Assembly: GCA_002269645.1 (NCBI GenBank)
Contig: NIVC01001016.1
Location: forward strand, 315,309-379,308
Source of the DNA: Macrostomum lignano
Taxonomy: Eukaryota
Reading direction: 5' to 3'
Length of the DNA stretch: 64,000 bases
The notes below the pieces were generated by a model. That model did no database searches. It was not told the DNA's origin and worked only from the letters and a program-made list of their open reading frames with translations. A program made the translations under genes and the position numbers. Position 1 is the first letter of the stretch. Every line of letters begins with the position of its first letter. Below are positions 41,046 through 54,177 of the stretch, piece by piece.

Positions 41046-41546
41046 CAGCCCAGACAGTCAAAAGCGACCGTCAGGTTCATAAATTCGCTGCTATATAAAC
41101 TTTTAGTCTAATTTGGAACATATAGTCTAATTTGTTACATTTTCTAAGCTGTTATGAACGTATCTTGTGGTTCTACTTTCTGCACTCTAGTTTTGTTATT
41201 TATCTTGACTTCACTTTATTTGGGCCGCGATTTAGCGAAAGAAACACTTCTTATGGACAAACGTGCACTGTACTAAGAAAAGCACATCACATAAACATTT
41301 TCTTAGAATCTGGTCTCAAACCAGAAAAGCAAACTGCATAGAGAAATGCACAGAGCAATAATAATGGTGAGTACAATTCGAGTTTCGTCGAAAATACTCG
41401 TATAGCCGTCATTTGGTACCTTATTACTCGACTCAGGTAATTTTTATACTGTATATAGCATTTAATAGCATCAATATTAAAAAACTGATCAGAAAACAAC
41501 CAAAAATTTTTTGTGCCGAAACGTAGATAAAATTTTCGCAGTCACA

Positions 41547-42938
41547 ATGAGCGGTGGCTTTGTATACTTTAGCGCAATGAAGCTTGAATGTTCAAATGGC
41601 ATCATGAAAGTCGAAGCGTTTACAGCTGTTGGTGCATTCCGATGCTACGGACTTGGTAAGATTTCATTGGCAAACTATAAATTCCAACTGCTGCGTGCTT
41701 AGTCAATTTAAACAGTTTAAACCAGTCAGTAAAAGCGCCACAAATCAGAAATTAAATGTAATGGCTTGCACTGTTGACCCTTGAGCACGAGCACCCACGC
41801 TGCTCACAGATTATGTACAGCGGCCTTAACTCTCATCGGCATACAGATATTCACCTTGTGCTTTTGGGATTGGTTCTCGTGTGTTAGCTACTTAGCTAGC
41901 TACACTCCTCTGTTCCTCTGGGTAATCGCGTGTTGATATTTTTCAAAACTTTTATCCTTACAAATGTTTCAGGTCGTCACAAAGTCATGGGGATCAGGCA
42001 GATGCAGTTACAGTTTGATGCATCTTCTTCTGATTCCGGTGACGACTCTGATGACGATGGATTTCCAGGCTTCTTTGGCCGGGCCATTCAAAGCTCCATT
42101 CCATCTCGTCGAGCTGAGCCAACTCCGACTCAAACCAGTGACCTCTATCTTGACGCTCAAAGTCTGTAAAAGTTTACAAACGGCAACTTGACAAACTCTG
42201 CGGCAGTAGTTCGAGCTGCTGTGGATTCGATCACAAAGCCGCGGTAGCCAAGACTACGAGCGGAGAGCGCTACGTGATCGAAAAAGGTAAAGATGCTCCG
42301 ACGCTAGCAATTAACTTTTATTGTTCGAGTTTTTCTTTCTTTTCGGGATCAGGATTTTAAGCCAGTTATTTCTCATCCCCAGATTCAAACATACGAGCGT
42401 AGCTAGTCTACATGATGGGAAATTTTATAATTTAGCTAGCAAGAACTGCAAGAGCGTAGCCAAGAATTTTTGTCAGTGGAGGCCACTGAGGCGGCGCCAC
42501 TGAGGGAGGTGCCATCGTGTGGTCACCTATGGGAATGTTATTGGTTAGATTAGACTAGATTTAAAAATTAGATTTGCAGAAACGATCTACATTATCCTTT
42601 TGCAATTTATATTTTTATTCCTAATTTCTTATATAATTAGCGGCTCAATTATGCTCTTAATTTTTTATCCAGGAGTAAGCAGAGAAAGTAACATCGGCAA
42701 GTCCACGGAGTGCTATCGCAAGGGCGAGTGTCGCTTGGTTAAAATAGAAAAATCGGATATCCACGACTGGGAGCTGGTTCGCAAGCTGAAGGCCGAATTT
42801 CCGAACTCCAGCGCGACGCTAAGACATCTGCTTGATAGATGCGGCTCCGCTTACAGTTTACTACGGGACAACTGTATTGACGGTGTTCGTAAAATCTGCA
42901 ACTTCTTGGAACAGAACAATTTCATCAATGCGTCTTGA
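41547..42938 (+). pseudogene. Permuted papain-like (LRAT/PPPDE-type) protein, copy 1, frameshifted in exon 2
   Basis: Exons 41547-41655, 41973-42286 and 42673-42938. A 4-nt loss relative to copy 2 (gctcaa[gtag]agtctgt) gives a stop at 42167-42169. The shifted frame continues VKVYKRQL..FDHKAAVAKT..YVIEKG and exon 3 has YSLLRDNCI. An assembly indel is possible. Confidence 0.7.
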
Positions 42939-44281
42939 TCGAGTGAAAGTAGCTCTGCTATACGACAGTTGATTCCTCGTCAAATCGTGAATCACCTTTT
43001 TGTTTTTTACTAATAACTAACAAAATTTCATTAGGCTCATATGCCGTATTTCACCTATTTCGATTGTTTATTCATAGTTGTAGATCATTAAAAAGTATCT
43101 TTTCTTCTTTCACTTTAAGGTGTTTCCTCACAGATCGGCATTAATTGTGATTGGTTAATATCAAGCCATGAAAGCTACTGTAATGCCGTCACTATATAAA
43201 GTTAATGTTTTATATCTCAGTTTAGAACTTCGCCGGCGACCGAGCTACTTGTATATTGCAACCGTTTGTAATCGCTATTTTAGAATAAAAAACAATAAAA
43301 GGTACTGCATTGTAACCTCTTTTCAGTTGGAAAGCTTGTCTTCTGCTCTCTTAAATTTTATGAAAATGAAATCCCAGTCGAAAATAACTTTTTGTTAAAT
43401 TAAATAATAATAATACACAGAGCGCTTTTATATTATACATCTAACAATCTAGTATGTAAAATTATTATGCTGTACTTAAATTGTACACACGGATGAGCAG
43501 GGATAGCTGCACAGCACAGACCCGAAAAAGTCCCAGAAATAGGCCAGTAATAAAGCTAGCTAAAGTGCAAGTTCAATTAAAGTGGAACTTCACTCTCTGC
43601 CGTTTGGAAAAGCAATACTCGTAATTCATTGTCACATGACCCCGGTTTTGTAGTGAAAATAACAAGTGCACATTTATGCGAATTGCCGCTTGACTGACTG
43701 GAATCGTCGCTCCCGTCTGTCTGTCCTTTTTGAAGCAATTTCAGCTCTTTACGTATGGAATGTACAGCTACACAAATGTCATTGCTATGCATGCAGTGGT
43801 TCCTAAAGACGCTTTTAGGATTCTTTTAAACTTGTATAAATTTTCTTATGATGAGCATTAATAGCTACTGATGTGATGGTACATGAGCTCCTTCCCCTGT
43901 ACTATAGCTACTACTGCCAGTAGCGATTGCATTTTCTCCATCCCTTTTCTTATTTATTTTCCTCTATTCTTTCATTCCCCTCTCCCATCTCATCGAATCC
44001 CATCAGCTCCATCAGGTAGTCACCAATCGTTCCAGCAATCGTTAATTTCTTCATGGAAATCGAGCTTTTGAGTTTGCCGCCGCCTTTCTAAAACTTTCAA
44101 CGCGACTCTGCGCTTTTGTAGATTATTGGGACAGTAAGATGCTGCCTGATCTTAAAGGTATTGATATGGTGCATCGGCTTCCAGTTATGTTGAGCTTCCA
44201 GTATTTGTCGCCGCCTTCAAAGAAGCGCGAGCATTTGCAAAAGTCGAACAGTGATTTATGTTAGCACCTGGCGTATCTTTA

Positions 44282-45660
44282 TGACCCCGGGGGAACTGAA
44301 AGGATCTTTTGATCACGTGAGTCTCTGTGGTAACAATTAGCTCCACCAATCAGAAAATTCGACGTCAGTTCTAACAAATCGGCTCCGCCAATCAGCGTCG
44401 AGGTGTTCCATTTTAACAAACTGCGGTCCAGTTGGCGCCTATACTGAAACCACTGATTTTTTCCCGCTCGGAAGGGAACCCGGCCTCCGGTACCTCTATT
44501 CTCTTGAGTTGCGTTAGTTCGACCGTCGTTTTTTGATCCCCGGATTGCGACATCTCCCCTCATCATCAAGGACGTCTTTCCCGGTCGACATCATCGAGGT
44601 CGCGATGACATCATCCCATCCCTACAGCTGCGAAGCACTAAGCCGATTTGGTCGCTGTGGATTACTTGTTGAGTTTTTTATTGGTTGGTTGGCTACCTAG
44701 ACTTGCTTAATTAGGTGATACCCTATCTGTCCCCTGTAGTGAGTGAAACGAGGCTAGACTGCTTGTTGTAGTCGATAGTTGCCGAAAGCTTGCAGGCGAG
44801 AATAATAGCGATCAGTATATTTATTGAATTATTGAGCTGAGTCAGAATGGTGGCTAAAGTCGCACCATGCACATTTGATTTTGTACGCAAAGGGTTGAGC
44901 TGGCAGAGTCACGCGGCGCAGCCGCTAACAACCCCCCAACACACACGATAGTAGGCGCTGCCTTCATCCCCTATTTCAGGAACTGGATTAAGCGCACACG
45001 TTTGCTTATTGTGATTAGCAGTCCAGTGCTGTATTTGAGGCAGAAATAATTAAAAAATACTGTTAGTAGTCTGATTACCTCAATTCAATCTGAAGTGTGA
45101 AGTGTTTTTCTGAGGTTGAATCTGACAGTTATTTTTATCTGATTTTTACTTTTTCGCTGATGGCTCCAGTGAGGAACTAAATTAGCAGGCGCCAGTCACA
45201 GTGGACCAATGGCAAGGCGGTTCTCAGTCGATCGATCTATCAAATCAATTAGCAAAATTGCCAATAGTTCAAAATTGGCGCTAGAGATGTACTTTGTGCA
45301 CTCTGGATTCGCCAAGCGGCTCGGGTAATGAATCATGCGGTCTCTGAAGTTCGAGTTAGTCTATCACCAGCGCTACGAGAGGCTGGTTAGCACGTTGAAG
45401 GCTAGAAGTAGAATCTTTATTATTTAGCAATGTAATAGTACATGTAGCTACCCCATAGTCCCGCCACCACAAGCCCCCTCTGTCCCTGCATGGCCAATGC
45501 GATCAAGTCCCAGCAGTGTCCCTTATCATCGGCTATGACTTCGAGATTGACAGAAAGATGACACTAGTTGGCAGGTAAGTGCAAAGCCCCTTCTAGTCGG
45601 AAGTCCGATTTCGAAAGCTACGGTTTGGTGAGCCAGGACGCACGGGCTGGTGGCAGCGGG
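44282..45660 (+). mobile_element. Diverged partial copy of the 2-kb LTR-like element (copy 2)
   Basis: Colinear with about 9135-10340 of copy 1, with one nested insertion. Confidence 0.8.
44735..44966 (-). mobile_element. 232-bp solo LTR nested in LTR-like copy 2
   Basis: TG...CA ends, 5-bp duplication TCCCC (44730-44734 and 44967-44971), absent from the other two copies, AATAAA on the minus strand. Confidence 0.75.
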
Positions 45661-45672
45661 TTTGTTAATCTG

Positions 45673-45673
<1 letters not shown>

Positions 45674-45738
<65 letters not shown>

Positions 45739-45741
45739 TAA

Positions 45742-45794
<53 letters not shown>

Positions 45795-45798
45795 CTAT

Positions 45799-45850
<52 letters not shown>

Positions 45851-45854
45851 CTAT

Positions 45855-45946
<92 letters not shown>

Positions 45947-46010
45947 GGCAGACAGACACACAGACAGACAGACAGACAGACACACAGACAGACACACAGA
46001 CAGACAGACA
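45674..46010. repeat. (GACA)n microsatellite
   Basis: Read directly. Confidence 0.95.
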
Positions 46011-46651
46011 GGCCCTTTGTCTGCTCTCTAAATTAAATCGCAGTCGAAATACTTTAGCTATAAACAATAAATAAAATGGAAAAAAGCATATTGGTCATAG
46101 GAGTTATATGATTGTACAGACATGTACAGATAACAAGTATGTAACTTTATTATGCCTACTTAAATTGTACACACGGATGAGCAGGAACAGCTGCACAGAG
46201 AAACTAGCTGCCAGCCAACCAACTACGAGTGCATGACTCGTCGCACACACTTGAACAACTCAAAAAATAGCCAGTAAGATAGCTAAATTGTACTCAATTC
46301 AAGGGAACTTCGCTGCACTCGTAGCTCCCATTTGTCTGCTTTTCTTGCAGTCTACTTCTTTGCATACAGCTGTCTGTCTGTCTGTCTATCTGTCTGTCTG
46401 TCTGGGTCTCAAACCAGAAAGTAGAACTGTACGGAGAAATATAATGCAACTATACTTGTGAGTACAATATAAAGCTCGTATAGCACGGCCTTTGGTTGAG
46501 TACACGTACGTACGTTGCAGTACCGTATAACTCGACTCAAGCCATATATCACACTATATATATGCAATAAGGCAAATCATTCATTAAGCATCCATATTCA
46601 GAAAACTTTCCAGAAAAAACCGACAACTCTAACGAAATTTTTGCAGTCACA

Positions 46652-47865
46652 ATGAGCGGTGGCTTCTATTGTAGCGCAATGACGCTCGAATGTTCGAATG
46701 GCACCATGAGAGGCCAAATGTTTGAGGCTGTTGGTGAATTCCGACCCAACGGATTTGGTAAGGCTTCACTGGCAAACTCGCTATTTTGTATATAGTCAGT
46801 TTAAACAGTCAGTAAAAGCCGCAAAGAGTTGTATAGCGACCTTGACTTTCTCTAATCGGTAAATATATTCACTCTGTGCCTTTGGAGTTGGCCCTCATTT
46901 GTTAGCCAATTAGCTACCTGGTAGGTATAATCTTAATTCTGTCCTTCAGAAACTGCGTGCTGATATATTTCAAAACTTTTATCCTCACAACTGTTTCAGG
47001 AGGCCACGAAGTCATGGGGATCAGCAGGCAGAGGAAGTTTCAATCTGATGCATCATCTGATTCAGTTGACTATGACATTCAAAGCCGAGCCATTCAAGGC
47101 TTATGGCCAACTCGGACTCAAACTAGAGACGTCGATCTTGACGCTCAAGTAGAGTCTGTAAAAGTTTACAAACGGCCACTTGATAGTGCCTCCGGCGGTA
47201 GTTCGCTCTTTTCAAGCGGCTTCGGGCCCGGGCACCAAGCCGCGGTAGCCAAGACTACGAGTGGAGAGCTCTACCTGATCGAGAAAGGTGAGGCTGTCAT
47301 TGTTACAGTTTTTCTCGTTCTTTTTTAAAAAGGTCAGTGATGTAGGATTCGGGTTCGTGATAATAGACTAGTTTGATTCATACAGTTCTTTACCAACTAT
47401 ATTGTGCACATATAGTCTAAATGACGGCAGGAACAGAGATGCTGTGCACCTGTTGTGATTGAGGGCGCCAAGTAAGGGGGCAACGGGGCAAGGGGGTGCC
47501 ATAATTTCTGCCAGCCTCTTTTTTTTGGGGGGGGGGCAACTGCCCCCATGCAACATTCACCCCATGACTACGCCGCATAATATAATTACACAGGAGTAGA
47601 AAGCGATAAGGCAATCGGCACGTCCAGAGAGTGCTATCGCAAGGGCGAGTGTCGCTTGGTTAAAATAAAAAAATCCGATATGTACGGCTGGGAACTGATT
47701 CGCGAGTTAAAGGCCAGCATGTTCAGCTGGTTCAGTTTCGGAGTGACGCTAAGACAACTATTCGATATTTGTGGCTCTAAATACCGTTTGCTTTCGGACA
47801 ATTGCATCCACGGTGTTGATAAAATCTGCGCATTCTTGCAGCTGAACGGTTTCATCAGCAGCTGA
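46652..47865 (+). CDS. Permuted papain-like (LRAT/PPPDE-type) protein, copy 2, 221 aa predicted
   Basis: Exons 46652-46757, 47000-47287 (VKVYKRPL..GHQAAVAKTTSGELYLIEKG) and 47594-47865 (KYRLLSDNCIHGVDKI). Both introns phase 1, 666 nt in frame. The family call rests on motif order (His before NC). Confidence 0.72.
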
Positions 47866-48608
47866 GAGACGTGTTGATCGAGCGAAATCGAATAAAATTT
47901 GTTAATTTCATACAGTAATTTTTTATACTTGATTATAATTAATGTATAGTAATCGACAGTTTCCATTATTCTTTCACTTCAGTGGCTTGGTTTCGCGTAG
48001 TTGTTATTGGCGAGCCCATGGACGGCTAAAATAGGACGCTATACACCTTGACTTTTTCGAAATCTGTATATCTGTATAGCCAAACCTGTATATTGGTTGT
48101 AACTTACATGTACATGTAGTACACTCCAGAGAAGTTAAAGTAAAGGAAAAAAGATCGATACATTTCTGTTCGGTGTATTGTCAGAAATGCAACAAAATAC
48201 TAAAAGTTCTAAAAGAAATTATAGCAAAATGTATAAAAATTCTGCACTTTTTTTGCGTCAAATATTTATTACCTGCCTCTCGTCAAACTAGAGTGCAAGG
48301 CTGCAAACGTTTTATATTTGTAGTCTTTAGCCGTGAAACATTTCCGAAACTAGAATGTTCTACAGAGTTCGGGCGGGAATTTAACTTGTTATACTTTAAA
48401 TATATTTATCTCGTAATTTTCTATACTTTGAAATACGAAAAGTGACAAATAGTGTCTTGTTTTGTGCAAGAGTTCTTTCTTTTGTTTTGTAGTATAAATT
48501 ATTCTGCAGTACGCTTTAAACGCATAGCAGTTTCATGTACAGTTGGATTGAATTTTTGAGCGTACTCGTGCGTAGCTCTCACATTACTTACAGGTGCTTT
48601 TATTATAT

Positions 48609-50047
48609 TGATGAGGACGCCCTTTTTTCCAAATCCCGCGCTAGCACATGGGCTCTAAACTTACTTGCTTACTAACAGTAGGCTAGGGGCATTTTTTATT
48701 CTTTTTCTGCGAAGTAACATAAAATTTATACTAGATATATGGTTTGGTCATACTAGTAGTCATAATAACATAGGCGCAGCTTTTTGGGTCATAAATCATC
48801 GCTTTCGAAGCTGGTCTGACAGCCACCTGCGCCTCACTCAGTGTTGAGGCTGGCGCCAGATGGTCTGAGGGGATGCGAATAGTAGCTTTTTTTCTCATCA
48901 TTTTTGACAGGCCATCAGATTTATGAGGTCAGAGCCTATTGTTCGGGTTCACTCAAGCGTGTGACAGCTTTGACAGCTATGCGTTTTACCCCTAAAAGTA
49001 CCTTGGGATTAGCGATTAGCGATTTCTCTTCATTATCTTCACTTTCTATTTAATAAGAGCTTTCTAATGTATATTTTTTCATTAATTTTTGTCAATTCTA
49101 CGCGAAAAGTCAGTCATAAATCATTTTGTTGCGATTTTGATTGATTTATGTTTTAAAACCTGTCATGTTTTTACGACCCTGTGGGAACTGATAGGATCTC
49201 CCGGTCACGTGATTCTGGGTGGCCACTAGCTCAGCCAATCAGAAAATTCGGCGCTCATTTTAACAAAACGGCTCAGCCAATCAGAATCGACGTGTTCCAT
49301 TATAACAAACTGGGGTCCAGTTGGCGGCTATTTAAGCCGGAGTTTTTGGCCCGCTCGGACCTCAACTGGTACTGGCTCGGGCCCAGTACGCGACCGTCGT
49401 TTCTTGATCCCCGGATTGCGACTTCCCCCCTCATCATCAAGGACGAATTCCCCCGGTCGTCAGCAGCGAACATCAAAGTTAAGATCATCACCTGCTAGCT
49501 ATCAGCGAAGATTGTGTCAGCATCATCCCGAGTCTACAGCTGCGAAGCATCAAGCCAATTCGGTCACTGTGGATTACCTGGTCTCCGGCTGTTGAGTTTC
49601 TGATTGGTTGGGTGAGAGGCTACCTAGACTTGCTTGATTGGGTGATTCCTTATCTGTCCCCTGTTTCAGTAGCTGGATTAGGCGCACACTTTTGCTCACT
49701 TTGTTCAGTAGTGCTGTTGCTGAGGCAGAAGTCATTCAATAATACTTCTAGTAGTCTAAAACTCCAATTCAATCTGAAGTGTGAAGTGATCTAAGGAGAA
49801 GGTTAAATCTAACAGTTATTTTTATCGGTTTTATTTCTTTGTTCGCCGATGGCTCAGATGAGTAGCTAAGCTAGTAGGCGCCGGTCACAGTGGACCAGGC
49901 AAGGCAGTTCTCAGTCGATCAATCTATCAAATCAGTTAGCGAAGCTGCCAGGAGTGCAGAATCGGCGCCAGAGATGTACTTTGTGCACTCTAGGTTCGCC
50001 AAGCGGCTCGGGTAATGAATCATGCGGTCTCTGAAGTTCGAGTTAGC
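48609..50047 (+). mobile_element. 3'-truncated copy of the 2-kb LTR-like element (copy 3)
   Basis: Starts at the same TGATGAGGACGC terminus and is highly similar to 8579-10027. Confidence 0.85.
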
Positions 50048-50374
50048 CATCACTGTGCTCACAGCCATCACTTGCTACTCAGCTTCATCCCAATTATCAT
50101 CATCTACTCAACTTTCATCTATACAACTAAATTACATCAACCCATTGTTGCAGCCGCCAGTGCCCAATAACGTCATAAGCTTCTGTATTAATATTAAACA
50201 TTGATAATTATAAACCAGTTGGCGTCTTGTTATCTACCGCCATTGCCAAATGCTACCGCTACAAAATCTACTCTGCCATTGTTGAGTTCACCATCCTTTT
50301 GGGACTAATTAATAACGTCAGTACCCTCGTCAAACGGCCCTTTTGAGGGCTATAGCCACTACTACGCCAATAAC

Positions 50375-52250
50375 GTGACAGACGCCTACAAGGTTTACAT
50401 TAACTTAGGCCTAGCGAGCACCGAACCTTTTAAAAGCATTGAAAAGACTTTAAAGGACAAATTTAAGCCCGTAGGACAGAAGGAAGAAGCGAAGCTAGAG
50501 CTGATGAACCGGAAGCAGAAGGAAGACGAATCATTAGAAGAATTTTACGACGCGCTAGTTGAATTAGTTAGGAAAGCAGGACTAGAGAGTCAGGCCAGAG
50601 AGCGAGTTTCTGAACGATTTGAAGCCGGCATAGCAAATTATAAAGTCAGGCGCGCAGTTATTGCCTATCGCAGAACGCATGAATCGAAGTACCAGACGCA
50701 AGATTTACTGACTGCAGCCAAAAACGAGGAGATCCTCGAGGAGCTCGCCAAGCCCGGCAGTCAAAAGAATAGGAGGAAGCAGGAGGGCTCAAATACTTTG
50801 ACAGCTCAAGTAGAAAAAGAGCAGAAAAAGCCAGCACCCAGCGCGGGGCAAGGCCATCAGTCATTTGGACCTCAGTTTGCTTCCCCAGCCAATTATCCTT
50901 CGCAGAAGCTATAGGCCACAGGCACCAGTGCAGCCTCCGAATAGCTTTCGGCCACAGCATCACATGAGCAGTTACTTAAGACCCTATAGGCAGTCTTCGC
51001 CATTTGTCAAACCCGCCATGACACGCCCGCCACGCTTTGGTCACGAGGCCGGAGGGGCCAATGACAGGTTCAAACCTTCGGGGCGAACGCGCCAAATGTG
51101 AGAAAGGCCTGTTATGAGTGCGGCGAAGAAACTCACCTGGCTAGAGACTGCCCAGTTAGACGAAATTCTTTAAACTACCGACGGGGCGGCACCAATGGAG
51201 GGCCAACCGCCCCCAGCCACTAAACCGATTTGCTCCCAGTAGAAGAGTCGCAGCAGTAGAAGACCAGCGAGTTAGATCAGGCAATGTAGAATATGGCAAT
51301 TTAGTTTGGTATAATTATTACAGAGGCTACGGATTCCTGTGAGATAGCAATAATAGAGATATTTTCTTTCATGTGATTAATACTAATATAGCAACTGATT
51401 ACGAAATTATGCACTTTCTGCGCCAGAGGGCGACAGTAAAATTTATCCGCACTAGCGATACTACTCATAGTAGAAAACAGAGAGCAGTCAATGTTAAAAT
51501 TTGCTCAAGCGAGGAACGCAAATTAGCAGAAATCGATAAACAGAAGTCAGCGAGCTTAGCTAGACAGTCAGAGCAATTGACAGAAGAATTAGAGGAACGA
51601 AGCGAAGCTGCGGCAGCTCAGAGAAGTGCATTGAACAGCATAGACTTGCGACTCAGTGAAGTAGAAGGAAAGAAAGCTTCAGCGGACGAATCTAAAGTAG
51701 TAAAAGAATTATCAGATCTAAGAACCGAATTGAAGGACTTGCGCCAATGCTTGGTAGGGAAAGTCCAAGAAGAATCAGCGAAAGAAGAACCTGACAAGAG
51801 TGCAACGACAACAGAACTTAGAGCTGAACTTAGGGAAATGAAGCAGGAATTAAGAAAGTTAGAGACAGCCATCCAGCGAGATGTGGCAGCTGAAAAGAAA
51901 GCAACAGAGAAGCAAGAAAAGACCGTAGAAGCAGACATATCTAGCCTATTAGTAAACTCAGGATTATTGCTCGATAGCCAGATTAACGGATTAAGCGAAA
52001 AAATATTAGTTGACACCGGCGCCTCGAATTGCCTAATTGATAATAAATTATATCAGCGCCTCTATCCAGCAAATCATAGTTTGAAGCCATTCTCAGTAAA
52101 TATGCGATCCGCAAATGGCCAGACTTCAAATTTATTAGGCCAAGTAGCATTGCGCGTTAGATTCGGGGATTGCGAGATTACGCATCCATTCTATGTTGCT
52201 GAAGGCTTACTAATGTAGTAGGGGATTATCTTAGGAACGAGAATTATTGT
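50375..52250 (+). pseudogene. Decayed Gypsy-type gag-protease region
   Basis: Gag-like LMNRKQKEDESLEEFYDAL; zinc knuckle CYECGEETHLARDC at 51110-51151; protease LVDTGASNCLI..GQVAL..HPFYV followed by two stops then GIILG. No RT, RNase H or integrase seen. Confidence 0.85.
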
Positions 52251-53511
52251 GGGTTGAAATATGCTTTTTGCCTACTATCAGTAGTTTCAACCCGGGGAAA
52301 TAATTAGGGCAGGGGTAAATCGCTAGTTTTGGGGTTTCTCTAGAACTACAGAGCAGTTGGGCTCTTGGAAAAGCACGCTGGCTTCGCCGATGCCCGAGTT
52401 GTTCGACACGATGGCGACGGCCGTGTCGGTGGCCATTGCTACCGCCAGCGTATGCCAGACACGAGCATCGACGACATCCGCACGGCCTGTCAGGCGGAAG
52501 GGCTCGCCTTGAAGGGACGCAACGGCACTGGGTCCGCGTCAACGTCGATCGGGGGCGTTTTGCCCGCTGGTCGCTGCGAGTCGTTGTTCGGCGCCGGTTA
52601 CCGCCGCCAGCTAGAAGAGGACGGCTCAGTAACGGTTCGCAGCGTGGCGCGCTTTCGAGTCGACACCCACGCGGCTGCTGACAGGTTTGAGTGCTTGTAT
52701 ATGCGCACCCCACCACGTGCTAAGCGGGACCCGTAGCTGGCGAGCGACTGTTGTTGGTAGTTGGCTAGGCTTTAGTCATCATTGGTTGTACGGTTCCGCG
52801 AGGTCGTCTTGTCAAGTTATCGCTCGGGCAGCGGGTGAAGTAGAGTAGTTGGATGCGAATCGGGGCGCCGCCTGAGCCTCGTTGGGCGCTTAAATAATTG
52901 TCCTGGGCACGACAGAAAACTGCAGCCATTGGGCGATAGTCTTCGCGAGCTGAGTGTTAGTCCGCCACGGGAGCGTGGGTGGAACTTAATTATCGTCGAG
53001 GCACCTAATTAGAGATAAGCGTCGTGGTACATTGCGATAAGAATTCCGCTGTGGAGACAGTGAGGGTCGAAGCGCCCACCCTACCTTTTTAGGAGGGGGG
53101 AGGTGCAAGTAGTTAAATTAGCGAGTAATAAAGTTTTGCCAGCCAATAAGGTTCATCTTAGCACGCCGATAAAATGAGTAGTTAGATATTTTTTGTAAAA
53201 CGTTGCGTTCCGTCGCGATTTGTTTCGATTTATTTATTGATTTGCTTGTGTTGTGTTTTGTCGTGCCGCGTATTGCATAGTAACTTTGCTTATGTATTTG
53301 ATTGCGTTTTGCCGTGTCATAGAATTGTATTGTGTTCATTGCATTAGTCCCCTGATTGCTATAGTTATTCTCGTTGTAACATTGCTTGTTTTGCGAATTT
53401 TGGTTCCCGTAAACGCGAATTTCGTTATATAGTACTCATTTGCTTACTGGAAGTAGTATGTTACGCGTATTTCGAATTTTTCAAGTTTTTCTTCTTGTAC
53501 TCTACTTCTTT

Positions 53512-54177
53512 TAGGAGGGGGGAGTGTAGTGTGAGCATCTTTTGCGATAGCCTTGTATTCTATTAGTTAGGTTTTGCATTATTGTTATTGAATTATTGTA
53601 TTTTGCTTTAGTTTAGTCATGCGTTTTTGATGTACTTTTTCTTGTTAGTTAAAATCTAAAATTGTAAACAGGTTAGAGTTAGACGCCAATTCTGTGACTC
53701 AGCGGAGGGTTGAGTTTTTCTGCGAACCCCAGCTTTGCGCGGCCAGCCAATCAGAACCGGCCTGGACCCTGGCACGCGGCAAGTTCCAGTTCTACCCGGC
53801 GCCGCGGGCACAGTGCAAGTCGGCTTAGCGGGCGGCCGGCCAGACGACCACCACCCGGCTTGAGGGGGGTTGTGAGGGTTTGACTCTGACAATATATGAA
53901 AGTGTGTTTGGCAATCGGATCTCGCCTTCTTTCCCCGGTTCTTGGTTTTGTCCAGCTTTCCGGCCGCTTGCCCTTGTTTTGGTTCGCGCTTTGAGGCGCT
54001 TGAGTTCATCACCCCGGTCCATATTTTTGTCCCCCGCCCAACCGCTCCAGCCTTGTAGCGTAACGTCTACGGCAAATTTCTGTCTGAAGTCGTCGCTATC
54101 AAGCGCGGTTAGATAGAGACTGTCGGATCTGATCAAGTACGCGGCCTCGACCCCGAGGGCCTCAGTGTCACACTGAA
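53512..54177 (+). mobile_element. Polypurine tract and probable 3' LTR of the Gypsy relic
   Basis: TTTTAGGAGGGGGGAG|TGTAGTGTGA at 53525; imperfect inverted end TCACACTGAA at 54168-54177; a second PPT-like tract near 53090. Confidence 0.5.

Noticed and set aside
50200-50240. Primer-binding site (TGGCG) for the Gypsy relic
   Set aside because: Not directly preceded by a CA-ended copy of the candidate 3' LTR, and no tRNA match could be verified.
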